A DNA stretch of 64,000 nucleotides, from contig OZ250165.1 in NCBI GenBank assembly GCA_965238005.1, forward strand, positions 4,480,001 through 4,544,000. The letters are read 5' to 3'. This stretch comes from Longimicrobiales bacterium. GTDB lineage: Bacteria; Gemmatimonadota; Gemmatimonadetes; Longimicrobiales; Gaopeijiaceae. Below, piece by piece: positions 28,883 to 39,206 of the stretch (within the stretch, counting starts at the first letter, position 1; every line of letters starts with the position of its first letter). The translations under genes and the position numbers were made by a program. The notes below the pieces were generated by a model. The model did not search any database and was not told the origin of the DNA. It saw only the letters and a list, made by a program, of their open reading frames with translations.

Positions 28883-30271
28883 TTACGAGAAGTCGGCGCC
28901 GAAGAACATGACGGCGATGAGGATGGCCGCCACCGCGGCGGGGGCGACGAAGCGGATGAAGAACCGCCACGCCCCGTAGTTGAACCAGCCCGGTGTAGTC
29001 TCGTCGACGAGCTCCGACTCGGTGTCCTCGCGGGACATGAACCAGCCGGTGGCCAGGGTGATCAGCAGCCCGCCGATGGGGAGGGCCCAGTTGGAGGCGA
29101 AGTGGTCGAGCGTCGCGAAGACGCCGGGCTTCCCGGCGAAGATCTCGAAGCTGGACAGCGCGGGCAGGGCGCCGAAGGACAGCGCTGACAGGATCGTGAA
29201 GACGAAGATCGAGCCGCCGCTCAACAGGGTGGCTTTGGAGCGGCTCATCTTGCGCTCGTCGATGAAGTAGCTCACCACGACCTCGAGCAGCGAGATCGTG
29301 GACGTGAGGGCGGCGAGCGCCACCAGCACGTAGAAGAGGGGCCCCAGGATCCGGCCGAAGGGCACGACCTCGTAGAAGAGCTGTGGCAGGGAGATGAACA
29401 GCATCCCGGCCGCCCCCTTGTTCACCTGATCGGCCATGCCCGGGACGGTGAAGATGACCGAGAACATGACGATGGTGGCGAACAGGGCGATGATGGTGTC
29501 GAGGGCGACGATGACCCCGGCGGTGTTCACCAGCGACCTGCCCCGCTGCACGTACGACCCGTAGGTGATCATGGCGCCCATGCCCAGCGACAGGGTGAAG
29601 AACGAGTGCCCAAGCGCCTCGAGGATCCCACGTGACTGCAGCTCGCTGAAGTTGGGCCGGAAGATGAAGGCCAGCGCCTCGCCAGAGCCCTCCATGGTCA
29701 GAGCGCTCAGGAGGAGCATGATGAGGATCCCGAACAGGACGGGCAGGAAGATGCGGGTCACCCGTTCGATTCCGCTGTGGACCCCGAAGTACACGACCCA
29801 AACCGTCGCCGCCATGAACAGGCCGGAAAGAATGAACTGTGTTCCGCCGTTGCCGATCAGATCGGTGAACACGGTTCCTGCTTCCAGCCCGACGGGGAAG
29901 CCTCGGAGGCTCCATCCCACCGTCTTCACGAAGTAGATCAGTGACCACCCGGCAACGACGGCGTAGTAACTGAGAATGATGAACCCTGCCATCACCCCCC
30001 AAGCGCCGACCCAGCCCCAGAGCGGACCGACGGCCTCCTTCAGGGCGCCCACGGGGCTCTTCTGCGTCTTACGGCCGATGAGGAGCTCGGCCATCATGAT
30101 GGGGAGGCCCACGGCCGCGATGCAGGCCAGATAGAGGAGTACGAACGCCCCGCCCCCGTTCACCCAGGTGATGAATGGGAATTTCCAGAGGTTTCCCAGA
30201 CCGATGGCGCTACCGGTGGCCGCCAGGATGAAGCCCAGGTTGGAGCTCCACTGGTCGCGGGGCTGATTCAT
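28883..30271 (-). CDS. Sodium:neurotransmitter symporter (NSS) family transporter
   Basis: GSAIGLGNLWKFP, NGGGAF, FFTLSLGMG, AALTSTISLLE. Confidence 0.95.
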   Translation of the reverse strand: MNQPRDQWSSNLGFILAATGSAIGLGNLWKFPFITWVNGGGAFVLLYLACIAAVGLPIMMAELLIGRKTQKSPVGALKEAVGPLWGWVGAWGVMAGFIILSYYAVVAGWSLIYFVKTVGWSLRGFPVGLEAGTVFTDLIGNGGTQFILSGLFMAATVWVVYFGVHSGIERVTRIFLPVLFGILIMLLLSALTMEGSGEALAFIFRPNFSELQSRGILEALGHSFFTLSLGMGAMITYGSYVQRGRSLVNTAGVIVALDTIIALFATIVMFSVIFTVPGMADQVNKGAAGMLFISLPQLFYEVVPFGRILGPLFYVLVALAALTSTISLLEVVVSYFIDERKMSRSKATLLSGGSIFVFTILSALSFGALPALSSFEIFAGKPGVFATLDHFASNWALPIGGLLITLATGWFMSREDTESELVDETTPGWFNYGAWRFFIRFVAPAAVAAILIAVMFFGADFS

Positions 30272-30466
30272 CGATTACCCTCCGGGGCAGATAGGCCGTT
30301 TGAAGTTCGCCCCAACATATCCGTGCCTTCGAGCTTCGGACAAGGAAAGGATTTCGCATGCAGAATCCCGGGGACCCCCGCCCAGGGGCACTTCCGTGGC
30401 CCGGTGAGAGTAGGTAGTGACCGATCCGGATTTTCGCGCATCCGGGGCGGGAGATACGTTCGTGGC

Positions 30467-33184
30467 ATGACGACAAGATGCAGGAGACGCCCGTGGGGTT
30501 GGAGTGCGCCCCGGCCGACAACGGTTCTGATCGCGGCCCTGGTGGCGTCGATGCTCGGCGCCGGACCGCTCTCGGCGCAGATCGGTCCGGAGGGGAGTGG
30601 CGTCGTGGAGGCCGGACTAACGCTCCGGCGGCTCGATGGAGTCAAGCGAGTGCTCATGATCGGGGCTCACCCCGACGACGAGGATACCGGTCTGCTTACG
30701 GCCCTGGCCCGGGGTATGGGGGTCGAGACGGCGTATCTCTCCCTGACCCGGGGGGACGGCGGCCAGAACCTCATCGGTCCCGAGCTCGGCGAGAGTCTCG
30801 GAATCATCCGCACCGGGGAGCTCGAGGCGGCGCGCAGGTTGGACGGCGGGCGGCAGTTCTTCACGCGGGCCTACGACTATGGCTTCTCCAAGAGCGCCGA
30901 CGAGGCGTTCGCCCACTGGCCCAGGGACGAGGTCCTGAGGGACGTGGTGTGGGTGATCCGTACCTTCCGTCCACAGGTCATCGTCTCGGTCTGGTCCGGG
31001 ACGCCCCGCGACGGCCACGGACAACACCAGGCCAGCGGCATACTTGCCAGCGCGGCCTTCGATGCGGCGGCCGACCCGACGAGATTCGCAGATCTGCCGA
31101 GAGGCGGGGACCGGCCCTGGAGGGCGGACAAGCTCTACCACTCCGTTCGCCGCAGCCCTGAGCCGCCGCCTGTCACGGTGCCCACCGGGACGTTCGACCC
31201 CCTTCTCGGCCGATCCTACTTACAGTTGGCCATGGAGAGCCGGAGCCAACACAGATCCCAGGCTTTGGGAGTCCCTCAGCCTCTCGGCCAGCAGGCCTCG
31301 GGCCTTCGGCTCGCGAAGAGTCACGTGCAGGAGCCGGCCGGCGACGACGGGATGTTCGCCGGAGTCGACACGACGCTGGCCGGGCTCACGGCGGGGTTGC
31401 CGGGGGAGACGGCCGTGCCGATCCGGGAGCACCTCAGGGCGTACCGGACCGCCGTCCACGATGCCGCCCAGTCCTTGGACGCTCTTCGGCCCGAGCGGGC
31501 GGCCGTACCGCTGGCTCTGGCCTATCGCCACCTCCAGGCGACCTTCGAGCTCGCCCGAGACCTGGCGGACGCTGGATCGATCCTGGCCGAAGTCCTGGCG
31601 GTGCGGGCCGCTCAGGTCCGCTGGGCGCTTCTCAAGACAGCGTCCATCGTGGTCGATGTCAGGGCCAGCGACGATCTCGTGACCGCAGGCCAGGAGGTGG
31701 ATCTGGACGTGCGGGTCTGGAACGGCGGGCCGTTCCGCATAGACGGAGCGCTCGTCCGGACCGCGGGGCCGGGAGAGTGGGCCGGCGGATCGGCGGAGTT
31801 CGTCGCTGCCGACGGGCAGACCCTCGATCCTCGGAGGCTGGATTCCGGGGACGTGGCGCGCTGGAGCTACCGGGTGCGCCTCGATGACGCGCTCCCAGTG
31901 TCCCGTCTCTACTACCTCGAGTCCCCGCGGGACGGGGACATGTATCGGTGGACGGGTACCGAAGGCTCGGAGAGCCTCCCTCGAAATTGGAGGGCACTCC
32001 TCAGCGCGGCGGGAGAGTTCGATCTCCACATTCCGGGGATCAACGGGCCGGTGCAACTGGTGTGGGGGAGTCGGGCCCAATACGTAGGGGTGGACAAGAC
32101 CAGCGGTGAGTTCCGCGCTCCGGTGTTGGCGACCCCGGCCCTGTCCGTAGCCATCGAGCCAAGAGGCATGGTGTGGCCCCAGGGCTCCCGTGAAGCACGG
32201 CGAATGACGGTTCTCCTCCGGAACGACTCGCGCTCCGGAGCGGCCGGCAGCGTGGCTCTCCAGGCTCCCGAGGGTTGGGAGGTCACGCCAGCCAGCGTCC
32301 CCTTCACCATGGACGTGGAGGGCTCCAGCAGGGGTTTCACGTTCACGGTAGAGCCGGGCGGAGACGTGGATGCCGGTGCCCATTTCTTCCGGGCGCTGGC
32401 CATCCGGGACGACGGCACCCATTTCGACGAGCGGGTCGACATCATCGACTATCCGCACGTTGAGCGCACCCTCTACATGGAGCCCGCCGAGATGCGGGCC
32501 TCGGTTCTGCCCGTCACGGTGGCCGCGGGGATCAAAGTGGGCTACGTGATGGGGTCGGGTGACGACGGGCTGGAGGCCCTCCGCCAGATGGGTGCCGACG
32601 TGGAGGAGGTGCCGGCCGAACGCGTCCGTGACGGGGACTTCTCCCTGTACGACGTCCTGGTACTCGGGATCCGGGTGTACGAGACTCGCCCCGACGTGAC
32701 GGCGGCGAACGACCAGATCCTGGAGTTTGCCCGGGCCGGCGGGACGGTGATCGTGCAGTACAACAAGTTCGAGTATCCCCGGGGTGGCTTCGCTCCCTAC
32801 CCGTTGAGCATGGGGAATCGGTCGGCCCCGCGCGTGACGGACGAGAGCTCGCCGGTCGCGCTTCTGGATCCAGCATCCCCCGTATTCAACACGCCCAATC
32901 GAATCACGGAGGCGGATTTCGAAGGGTGGGTGCAGGAGCGGGGCCTCTACTTCCTGAGCGAGTGGGACGAACGCTTCACGCCGCTCGTCGAGCTCACCGA
33001 TCCGGGTGAGGAGCCGACCCACGGATCCCTCCTGGTCGCGTCCGTGGGAGAGGGGATCTATGCTTACGTGGCCCTCTCCTTCTTTCGGCAGTTCCCCGCC
33101 GGTGTCCCAGGGGCCTACCGGCTCTTCGCCAACCTCGTGTCGCTGACCGCGGCCGAGTGGAACGCACATCAGGGATCGCGGTGA
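30467..33184 (+). CDS. PIG-L/LmbE-family deacetylase with Ig-like and C-terminal GATase-like domains, secreted
   Basis: AHPDDED, TRGDGGQN, DYGFSK, HGQH, WVQERG, PAGVPGAYRL. Confidence 0.9.
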   Translation: MTTRCRRRPWGWSAPRPTTVLIAALVASMLGAGPLSAQIGPEGSGVVEAGLTLRRLDGVKRVLMIGAHPDDEDTGLLTALARGMGVETAYLSLTRGDGGQNLIGPELGESLGIIRTGELEAARRLDGGRQFFTRAYDYGFSKSADEAFAHWPRDEVLRDVVWVIRTFRPQVIVSVWSGTPRDGHGQHQASGILASAAFDAAADPTRFADLPRGGDRPWRADKLYHSVRRSPEPPPVTVPTGTFDPLLGRSYLQLAMESRSQHRSQALGVPQPLGQQASGLRLAKSHVQEPAGDDGMFAGVDTTLAGLTAGLPGETAVPIREHLRAYRTAVHDAAQSLDALRPERAAVPLALAYRHLQATFELARDLADAGSILAEVLAVRAAQVRWALLKTASIVVDVRASDDLVTAGQEVDLDVRVWNGGPFRIDGALVRTAGPGEWAGGSAEFVAADGQTLDPRRLDSGDVARWSYRVRLDDALPVSRLYYLESPRDGDMYRWTGTEGSESLPRNWRALLSAAGEFDLHIPGINGPVQLVWGSRAQYVGVDKTSGEFRAPVLATPALSVAIEPRGMVWPQGSREARRMTVLLRNDSRSGAAGSVALQAPEGWEVTPASVPFTMDVEGSSRGFTFTVEPGGDVDAGAHFFRALAIRDDGTHFDERVDIIDYPHVERTLYMEPAEMRASVLPVTVAAGIKVGYVMGSGDDGLEALRQMGADVEEVPAERVRDGDFSLYDVLVLGIRVYETRPDVTAANDQILEFARAGGTVIVQYNKFEYPRGGFAPYPLSMGNRSAPRVTDESSPVALLDPASPVFNTPNRITEADFEGWVQERGLYFLSEWDERFTPLVELTDPGEEPTHGSLLVASVGEGIYAYVALSFFRQFPAGVPGAYRLFANLVSLTAAEWNAHQGSR

Positions 33185-33187
33185 CCG

Positions 33188-33361
33188 GTGACAGACGTAG
33201 ACGAGCACCTGCAGCCGAGCGCCGAGGATGACGAAGAGGGAGGGAGGATCGGGATCTTCCCGAGTTGGGGCTGGCTGTACGGTACCGTTCTGGTTTACTC
33301 CACGGTCGTGATCATCCTCCTGCACATCTTCACCGTCACCCTCGACTTCGGGACGCCGTGA
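33188..33361 (+). CDS. Small single-TM protein (57 aa), absent from the ORF track
   Basis: MTDVDEHLQPSAEDDEEGGRIGIFPSWGWLYGTVLVYSTVVIILLHIFTVTLDFGTP; GTGA overlap with the SSS start. Confidence 0.75.
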   Translation: MTDVDEHLQPSAEDDEEGGRIGIFPSWGWLYGTVLVYSTVVIILLHIFTVTLDFGTP

Positions 33362-35046
33362 CGGCCCTCGACTGGATGGTCTTCGCCGTCTACTTCGCCG
33401 GCGTCATCGGGTTCGCACTCTATCAGAGCCGAAAGAACGTCGGGGTCGAGGGCTTCTTCCTAGCGAATCGAAGCCTTCCCTGGGCGGCGGTCGGACTCTC
33501 GGTCATGGCGACCCAGGCCAGCGCCATCACCTTCATCGGGACCACGGGGCAGGCCTTCGACGACGGGATGGAGTTCATCCAGGTGTACCTCCCGCAGCCC
33601 TTCGTCATGGTGATCCTGTGCGTCCTCTTCGTCCCCTTCTTCTACCGCTCCAAGGTCTTCACGGCCTACGAGTACCTCGAGACCCGATTCGACGCCAAGA
33701 CCCGCTCGCTGACGAGTTTTCTATTCCTCATTTCCCGGGGACTGGCGGCGGGCATCGTGCTCTACGCTCCTGCCATCGTTCTCTCGGTGATCATGGGATG
33801 GGACGAGAGGGTCACGATTCTCATCATGGGTGCGGTCACGATCGCCTATACGATGGCCGGCGGGATCACCGCCGTCATCTGGACCGACGTCATCCAGATG
33901 CTGATGATGTTCGTAGGGATCGCGGCGGCTCTGGTCATCCTGTTCGGCACTCTCCCGGGCGAGGTGGGTGTGGCCGATGTCGTCTACATCGGCGGGATCC
34001 AGGATATGTGGTCGAGCATCGACTGGTCCTGGGATCCGACGAACACCTATACGATCTGGTCCGGGATGATCGGGGGGTTCTTCCTGGCCCTCGCATACTT
34101 CGGGTGCGACCAGAGCCAGGTTCAGCGGTACCTCACGGCGGACTCTCTAAAGTCCAGCAGGCTGTCACTCATCTTCAACGCGTTCCTCAAGGTGCCGATG
34201 CAGTTCGCCATCTTGTCCATCGGCGTCCTGTTATTTGTCTTCTACCACTTCGAGCGCCCACCTCTGCTCTTCAACTCGGCAGAGGTGACCATGGTGCGCG
34301 AGAGCCGGAGCGGGGACGACTTCAGGAGGCTCGAGCAGGAGCACGGAGACGTGCACTCGCTGCGGAGGCAGGCGACGCTCGGCCTCATTGAAGCCCGGCG
34401 TGAGGGCCAAGATCTGGCCGATCTGCGACAGCGCATCGGCGAGTACGACGGACAGCTGCAGGGGCTCCGCAGGGAAGCGAGGTCCGTCGTGTCCGAGGTC
34501 CGGGGGACCTCGTCCAACGACGTGAACTACGTCTTCCCGTCCTACCTCATCAGGTACGTGCCGGCTGGCATCCTCGGGCTCATGATCGCCGTGATCTTCG
34601 CGGCAGCCATGTCGTCCCTTGACTCGGAGCTCACAGCGCTATCCAGCGCTACGGTCATCGACTTCTACAGGCGACATTTTCGGGTGGGGGCGTCGGAGGC
34701 GCACTACCTGACCGTGTCGCGTATCACGACGTTATTCTGGGGCCTGTTCGCGTGTGGGGTGGCGCTCTACGCCGGCAGGCTCGGATCGCTTCTCGAGGCT
34801 GTGAACCAGGTGGGCTCCTTCTTCTATGGATCGCTCCTGGGCGTCTTCCTCCTGGCCTTCATGGTGAAGGGTGCCGACGGAAACGGGGCCTTCTGGGGAC
34901 TGCTGGGGGGCATGCTGGCCGTCTTCGTGGTGTCCACCACGACGGACATCTCGTGGCTCTACTACAACGTGGTGGGTGCGCTGACCGTTCTCGCCATCGG
35001 GACGCTGATGAGGGTTGTCTCGTCCCGCCCTCTGGCCTCGAGCTAG
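33358..35046 (+). CDS. Sodium:solute symporter (SSS)
   Basis: SVMATQASAITF, YEYLETRF, AVIWTD, DQSQVQRY, AAAMSS. Confidence 0.93.
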   Translation: MTALDWMVFAVYFAGVIGFALYQSRKNVGVEGFFLANRSLPWAAVGLSVMATQASAITFIGTTGQAFDDGMEFIQVYLPQPFVMVILCVLFVPFFYRSKVFTAYEYLETRFDAKTRSLTSFLFLISRGLAAGIVLYAPAIVLSVIMGWDERVTILIMGAVTIAYTMAGGITAVIWTDVIQMLMMFVGIAAALVILFGTLPGEVGVADVVYIGGIQDMWSSIDWSWDPTNTYTIWSGMIGGFFLALAYFGCDQSQVQRYLTADSLKSSRLSLIFNAFLKVPMQFAILSIGVLLFVFYHFERPPLLFNSAEVTMVRESRSGDDFRRLEQEHGDVHSLRRQATLGLIEARREGQDLADLRQRIGEYDGQLQGLRREARSVVSEVRGTSSNDVNYVFPSYLIRYVPAGILGLMIAVIFAAAMSSLDSELTALSSATVIDFYRRHFRVGASEAHYLTVSRITTLFWGLFACGVALYAGRLGSLLEAVNQVGSFFYGSLLGVFLLAFMVKGADGNGAFWGLLGGMLAVFVVSTTTDISWLYYNVVGALTVLAIGTLMRVVSSRPLASS

Positions 35047-35060
35047 TGTCAGGACACTAA
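35043..35060. repeat. Collapsed MITE-like footprint
   Basis: CTAG-TGTC-AG-GACA-CTAA between two convergent stop codons; resembles the ends of the 57437 element. Confidence 0.4.
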
Positions 35061-36143
35061 CTACTCGTCTCCGAACGAGATCCCCAGGTTCCGCGCCGTC
35101 CTCACCACGTCACCGTCCACGGGCACGAGCTTGACTTGGGCGATGGCCTCGCTCAGGGGGACGGCCAGGACGTTGGGAGGGTCGAGAGCCACCATGCAGC
35201 CGAAGCGCCGGTCCTTCACCAGCTCTACGGCAGCCGATCCGAAGCGGAGAGCCAACAGGCGGTCGTAGGCGCTGGGCTCTCCTCCCCGCTGGAGGTGACC
35301 GAGGGCGAGAGATCGGGTCTCGTAACCGGTTCGCTCCTCGATCTGGGCGGCGAGCCTTTCGGCGATGCCGCCGAGGCGGGGAGAGCCCCCGGCGCGGGCC
35401 TGTTCCTTGAAGGTCTGCGATCCACCGGCCTCGGCCGCGCCCTCGGCTGCGACTACGATGGCGAACCCGTTCCCCGCCTCGTAGCGGTCCTCGATCTTGG
35501 CGCACAGAGTGTCGAAGCTGTAAGGAATCTCCGGTATGAGGATCACGTCGGCCGTGGCCGCCACACCAGCGAACAGTGCGATCCAGCCGGCGTTCCGACC
35601 CATGAGCTCCACTACCATGACGCGGCCGTGAGCCTCGGCGGTGGAGTGGAGCCGGCCGATGGCGTCGGTGGCTGTGGCTACGGCAGTGTGGAAGCCAAAG
35701 GTCACCTGGGTCGAAGCCAGATCGTTGTCGATGGTCTTGGGGACTCCCACGACCGAAAGTCCCTTCTCGGCCAGCACCGACGCGATGTGCAGAGAGCCGT
35801 CCCCTCCGATGGCGATGAGAGCGTTCATCCCGCGACGGCGAAACTCTCCGATAACTTCGTCGGACCGGTCTACGAGCTCCACCGATCCGTCGGGTCGCTC
35901 CACGGGCCACTCCAGGGGACTTCCACGGTTGGTGGTGCCCAGGATGGTGCCGCCCACGTGCGTGATCCCGCGGACGGACTCACGGGTCAGGGCCACCACT
36001 CCGTCGTCCTCGAAGAGGCCCTGATATCCGTGGCGGATCCCGAACACGTCCCAGCCCAGATGGAGGGCCGAGAGGACCACGGCCCGGATTACTGCATTCA
36101 GGCCGGGGGCGTCTCCACCGCCCGTGTTGATGGCAATTTGCAC
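35061..36143 (-). CDS. pfkA: 6-phosphofructokinase
   Basis: TGGGDAPGLN, GGTILGT, GGDGS, PKTIDND, ELMGR, LGHLQRGG. Confidence 0.92.
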   Translation of the reverse strand: MQIAINTGGGDAPGLNAVIRAVVLSALHLGWDVFGIRHGYQGLFEDDGVVALTRESVRGITHVGGTILGTTNRGSPLEWPVERPDGSVELVDRSDEVIGEFRRRGMNALIAIGGDGSLHIASVLAEKGLSVVGVPKTIDNDLASTQVTFGFHTAVATATDAIGRLHSTAEAHGRVMVVELMGRNAGWIALFAGVAATADVILIPEIPYSFDTLCAKIEDRYEAGNGFAIVVAAEGAAEAGGSQTFKEQARAGGSPRLGGIAERLAAQIEERTGYETRSLALGHLQRGGEPSAYDRLLALRFGSAAVELVKDRRFGCMVALDPPNVLAVPLSEAIAQVKLVPVDGDVVRTARNLGISFGDE

Positions 36144-36183
36144 TGCGCTCGCGCGTCGAAGAGCCGACGACGGCTCGAGTTAG

Positions 36184-36454
36184 TTTGGTGTTACAGAAGT
36201 GTCTCGGCCATTGATCTCGCTGCGCTCGATCGTCTCGCGGTCAACTCGGCGCTCACGACGAGCATGAAGGTCGCTCGGCTCGAGCACCGATGCATCCGGC
36301 CCTGCGGCGTTCCTCCTCCTCGGACCACGGCCTTCGGCCGCGGTGCCCGCGTTGCTATTCCTCGTCGTCGCGCCTGACCCACGCATCCGGCGCGGGTACC
36401 CCGGATCCGGCGCCTCGGCACTCTCGGTGGCTCGCGAACTTCTGGGACACCACA
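36184..36454. repeat. Longer, diverged member of the CTAG MITE family (271 bp)
   Basis: IRs TTTGGTGTTACAGAAGT / ACTTCTGGGACACCACA; shares AAGTGTCTCGGCCA and GGTGGCTCGCGAACTT with the 160-bp copies; flanks TTAG/CTCG. Confidence 0.7.
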
Positions 36455-36464
36455 CTCGGAGCCG

Positions 36465-37622
36465 TTATCGGAATCGTAGCGTTCCGGAGGCTTCCACCCC
36501 GATCAGCCCGTGGGTCGTCCCGTCCGGCGCCTTGAGGCGTCCCACGTTCACCTTTGCCCGCGGGAAGAAGTCGAGCCCCATGATCCGTAGGGGCAGGTCG
36601 AAGCCTCCGCCCAGGATCCAGCTGGCACCTGCGTCCACCTCTCCCGGTTGCGTGCCCAGGTCCTGAAGTCGGAAGTCCACGATTGGTCGCAAGTAGAGCG
36701 TCGATCTGATGGGAATCGCACCTCTCAGGCTCGCGAAGAGGAGGTTCTGCGTATTGGTCGCGACGAGGGAGTCGCCCACGATGTCCCCGGTGGAGTTGAG
36801 TATCTGCGGGCTCAGATCTCCCTCGGCGCGCCAGACGTCGGCGGCCGAGACGCTCCACGTGGTGCTTCCCGCACGAAATGCGTAGGTCGCGTCGACGCGT
36901 AGACGCTTGCCCGACTGGAAGAGGTTCCGGCCACCGAACTCGTCCGATTGAAAGGACTGGAGCGTGAACCCGGCGGTGAACTTCCCGGTCTCACCCACGT
37001 TCCGGTCGAGGCCGACTCTTATGCGCAGCTCGTTTCCCGGCGAATAGGCCAGGCTGGTATCGGAGCGCGGCTCGAATTCGTCCGCCGCTCGATAGCTCAC
37101 GCCCAGGCCCAAGCCCCACGTGCCGAGACTGTGCGCCGTGGCCACTCCGGTCGTGACATAGGTTCCCGTGCCCCAGTTCGACTCCCGGAAGCCCAGGATG
37201 TCCGAGGAAAGCACGGACGCCACCACGGCCTCCTCGGAGTCGTGGGTGACGTTGCCGGTAGGCAGGTTCACGCCAAGCGTGAGGATAGCCCAGGGCGAGG
37301 CCAGGTAGCTGAAGTGTAGCCTCGTGTCTACCACACCGTTGAGGACGGAGACCCGGCCGTCCCGCTTAACGCGGCCCTCCGCCCAGGCGGAGAAGAGCTC
37401 CGCCGAGAACTTGTCGCCCGCGGGGAGCCGGTAGGCGATGGGGATCATGAGCAGCTGGGCCGCATCGACTCCCAGATCGTCATCGAAATCGTAGCCTTGG
37501 TAGACGGCCGAGACACCCAAGCTCTGTACGTTGGTCTGGGCTGCAGCGTGGGTGTGGGCTCCGAAGCTGCCCACGGCTCCGAAGACCAGGATCGCGAACA
37601 GGGAGAAGTGTCTAGTGCTCAT
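36465..37622 (-). CDS. Putative outer-membrane beta-barrel protein
   Basis: Signal peptide (AAA|QT); alternating amphipathic strands rich in G and aromatics; C-terminus GTLRFR. Confidence 0.65.
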   Translation of the reverse strand: MSTRHFSLFAILVFGAVGSFGAHTHAAAQTNVQSLGVSAVYQGYDFDDDLGVDAAQLLMIPIAYRLPAGDKFSAELFSAWAEGRVKRDGRVSVLNGVVDTRLHFSYLASPWAILTLGVNLPTGNVTHDSEEAVVASVLSSDILGFRESNWGTGTYVTTGVATAHSLGTWGLGLGVSYRAADEFEPRSDTSLAYSPGNELRIRVGLDRNVGETGKFTAGFTLQSFQSDEFGGRNLFQSGKRLRVDATYAFRAGSTTWSVSAADVWRAEGDLSPQILNSTGDIVGDSLVATNTQNLLFASLRGAIPIRSTLYLRPIVDFRLQDLGTQPGEVDAGASWILGGGFDLPLRIMGLDFFPRAKVNVGRLKAPDGTTHGLIGVEASGTLRFR

Positions 37623-38998
37623 TGCTCACCTCCCGGCCGCCGTATACTGATGGTCACCCGGGCCCTGGTCGTCGCCGTGCCCTCCTGCTGCGTGGCCTCC
37701 TGGGAGGAGTCACGCTCCGAGGCCTGCTTGTTATCCTGCCCCGCACTCGTCGTGGTACCCTGGTCGATGACCGTGGCCGTCGCGCTCGGGTTCACGTCCT
37801 GCGACGTCTCCTGCAGCAGGTTGTCGGTGGGAGCGATGTCGCCGGCGTCGGCCACACCGGTCACCCCCGACGTCTCACCGGCCGAGGCATCCTGGATGTC
37901 GGCGGTAGTGGTCGCCGCCGCGTCGTCGAGGCTCTGGGCCTCGGTGTTGGCCGTCTGCGCCGCGTCGAAGGTGGGATCGATGGATGCGGCCTGCTGGAAG
38001 AAGTCGGAAGCCGCCTGGAAATCGCCCCGGTCCATGGCCATGAGGCCCTCGCCGTAGGACAGGAACGCCAGGATGCTCTCGGCCCGGTTCTCGTTGATGG
38101 CCTCGCGCTCGGCGGGCGTCAACACCGCTCCGAGCACGTCGAGAATCTGGAATACGAGACCCTTCTCCATGTCGAAGATGGCCTCGAGCTCGTCCTGATC
38201 CGATACCGATCCGGCCGCCTGGGCCCGCACGGTGTTCATCACCTCGGCGTCGAACTGGATATTCTCCTGACCCAGGGTCGTGAGCACACCCTGGACCACG
38301 TGCTCCGACCTCAGGAGCCTACCCGCCCGGGCTCCCGTAACCGGATCGGCGTAGCCGGCCTCCGACAGCGCCATCTCGTCGAGGAGCGACTGGATCTGTG
38401 TCCGCTCCAGGACCGTCAGAGCGTTGGAGATGGCGAGATCGGTGATCATCATGTCCGCAAGAGCCACCTGAAGTGGCAGCAGGCCCTCGTCGTCCGAGAT
38501 GAGCCGGAAGGGGAACACCGCCACGGTGCGCGGCTCCGGAGGCTCGGTGGCCAGCTCGGCTTCTTGGGCCAGGGCGGCCTGGGCGGCGGACTGCAGCTCG
38601 TTCCGAACGATGAGCAGGAGGCGATCCTCCAGATCGTCCTTGAGGGGACCCCAGTTGCCCACATCGAGGTACGTAGTGTAAGCCTCTCTGGCTCCGGCCC
38701 AGTCCTCCAGCGACTCGTTGGACAGGCCGAGATAGAGATAGGCCGCCCCGGATTCGGCGCCCACCTCGACGGCGTTGGCCAGCGTCGTGCGCGCCTGCTC
38801 GAAGCGACCGTCCTTGTAGAGGGCTATGCCCAGACGGGTCTGGGCGGTAAGGTCACCAGGATTCTGAGAGAGCTGCTCCTGGAGACTGGGGATTTGGGCG
38901 GGATCGGCGTCGAGGCCCTGTCGCGCACAGCCGTCCAGCAACAAAGGGAGGACGAGTAGGAGCGAGAGGTGCCGGGTACTGTTCCAAGCCAAGGACAT
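37619..38998 (-). CDS. Lipoprotein: TPR + CsgG/HfaB-like domain + TPR + acidic T/Q/D-rich tail
   Basis: Lipobox LDGC; TPR helices; TVAVFPF…LTVLERTQIQSLLDE…ARAGRLL. Confidence 0.75.
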   Translation of the reverse strand: MSLAWNSTRHLSLLLVLPLLLDGCARQGLDADPAQIPSLQEQLSQNPGDLTAQTRLGIALYKDGRFEQARTTLANAVEVGAESGAAYLYLGLSNESLEDWAGAREAYTTYLDVGNWGPLKDDLEDRLLLIVRNELQSAAQAALAQEAELATEPPEPRTVAVFPFRLISDDEGLLPLQVALADMMITDLAISNALTVLERTQIQSLLDEMALSEAGYADPVTGARAGRLLRSEHVVQGVLTTLGQENIQFDAEVMNTVRAQAAGSVSDQDELEAIFDMEKGLVFQILDVLGAVLTPAEREAINENRAESILAFLSYGEGLMAMDRGDFQAASDFFQQAASIDPTFDAAQTANTEAQSLDDAAATTTADIQDASAGETSGVTGVADAGDIAPTDNLLQETSQDVNPSATATVIDQGTTTSAGQDNKQASERDSSQEATQQEGTATTRARVTISIRRPGGEQ

Positions 38999-39206
38999 CG
39001 GAAGCTTCCAGCAGGGGAAACGAATGCTCCATACAGGACGGGATTCCGCGGGCCATATAGAAGACTCGCACTCCCGTCGGAGTGGTCCTAAATTCACGGT
39101 GAGGGCTCCCGGCGGGCAAACGAAATCTTGCTCCTTTGGCCCGCCGTTTGCGCCCGCCGGCGCTGTGGCTCGGAGGGGTGAGCCCTCGCCTCGAGGAGGA
39201 TTGGTC

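Noticed and set aside
31220..33325. 701-aa antisense ORF (and similar long shadow ORFs, e.g. 9014-10258, 35136-36377, 62548-63738)
   Set aside because: Each overlaps a well-supported gene on the opposite strand and has no motifs; expected in high-GC DNA.
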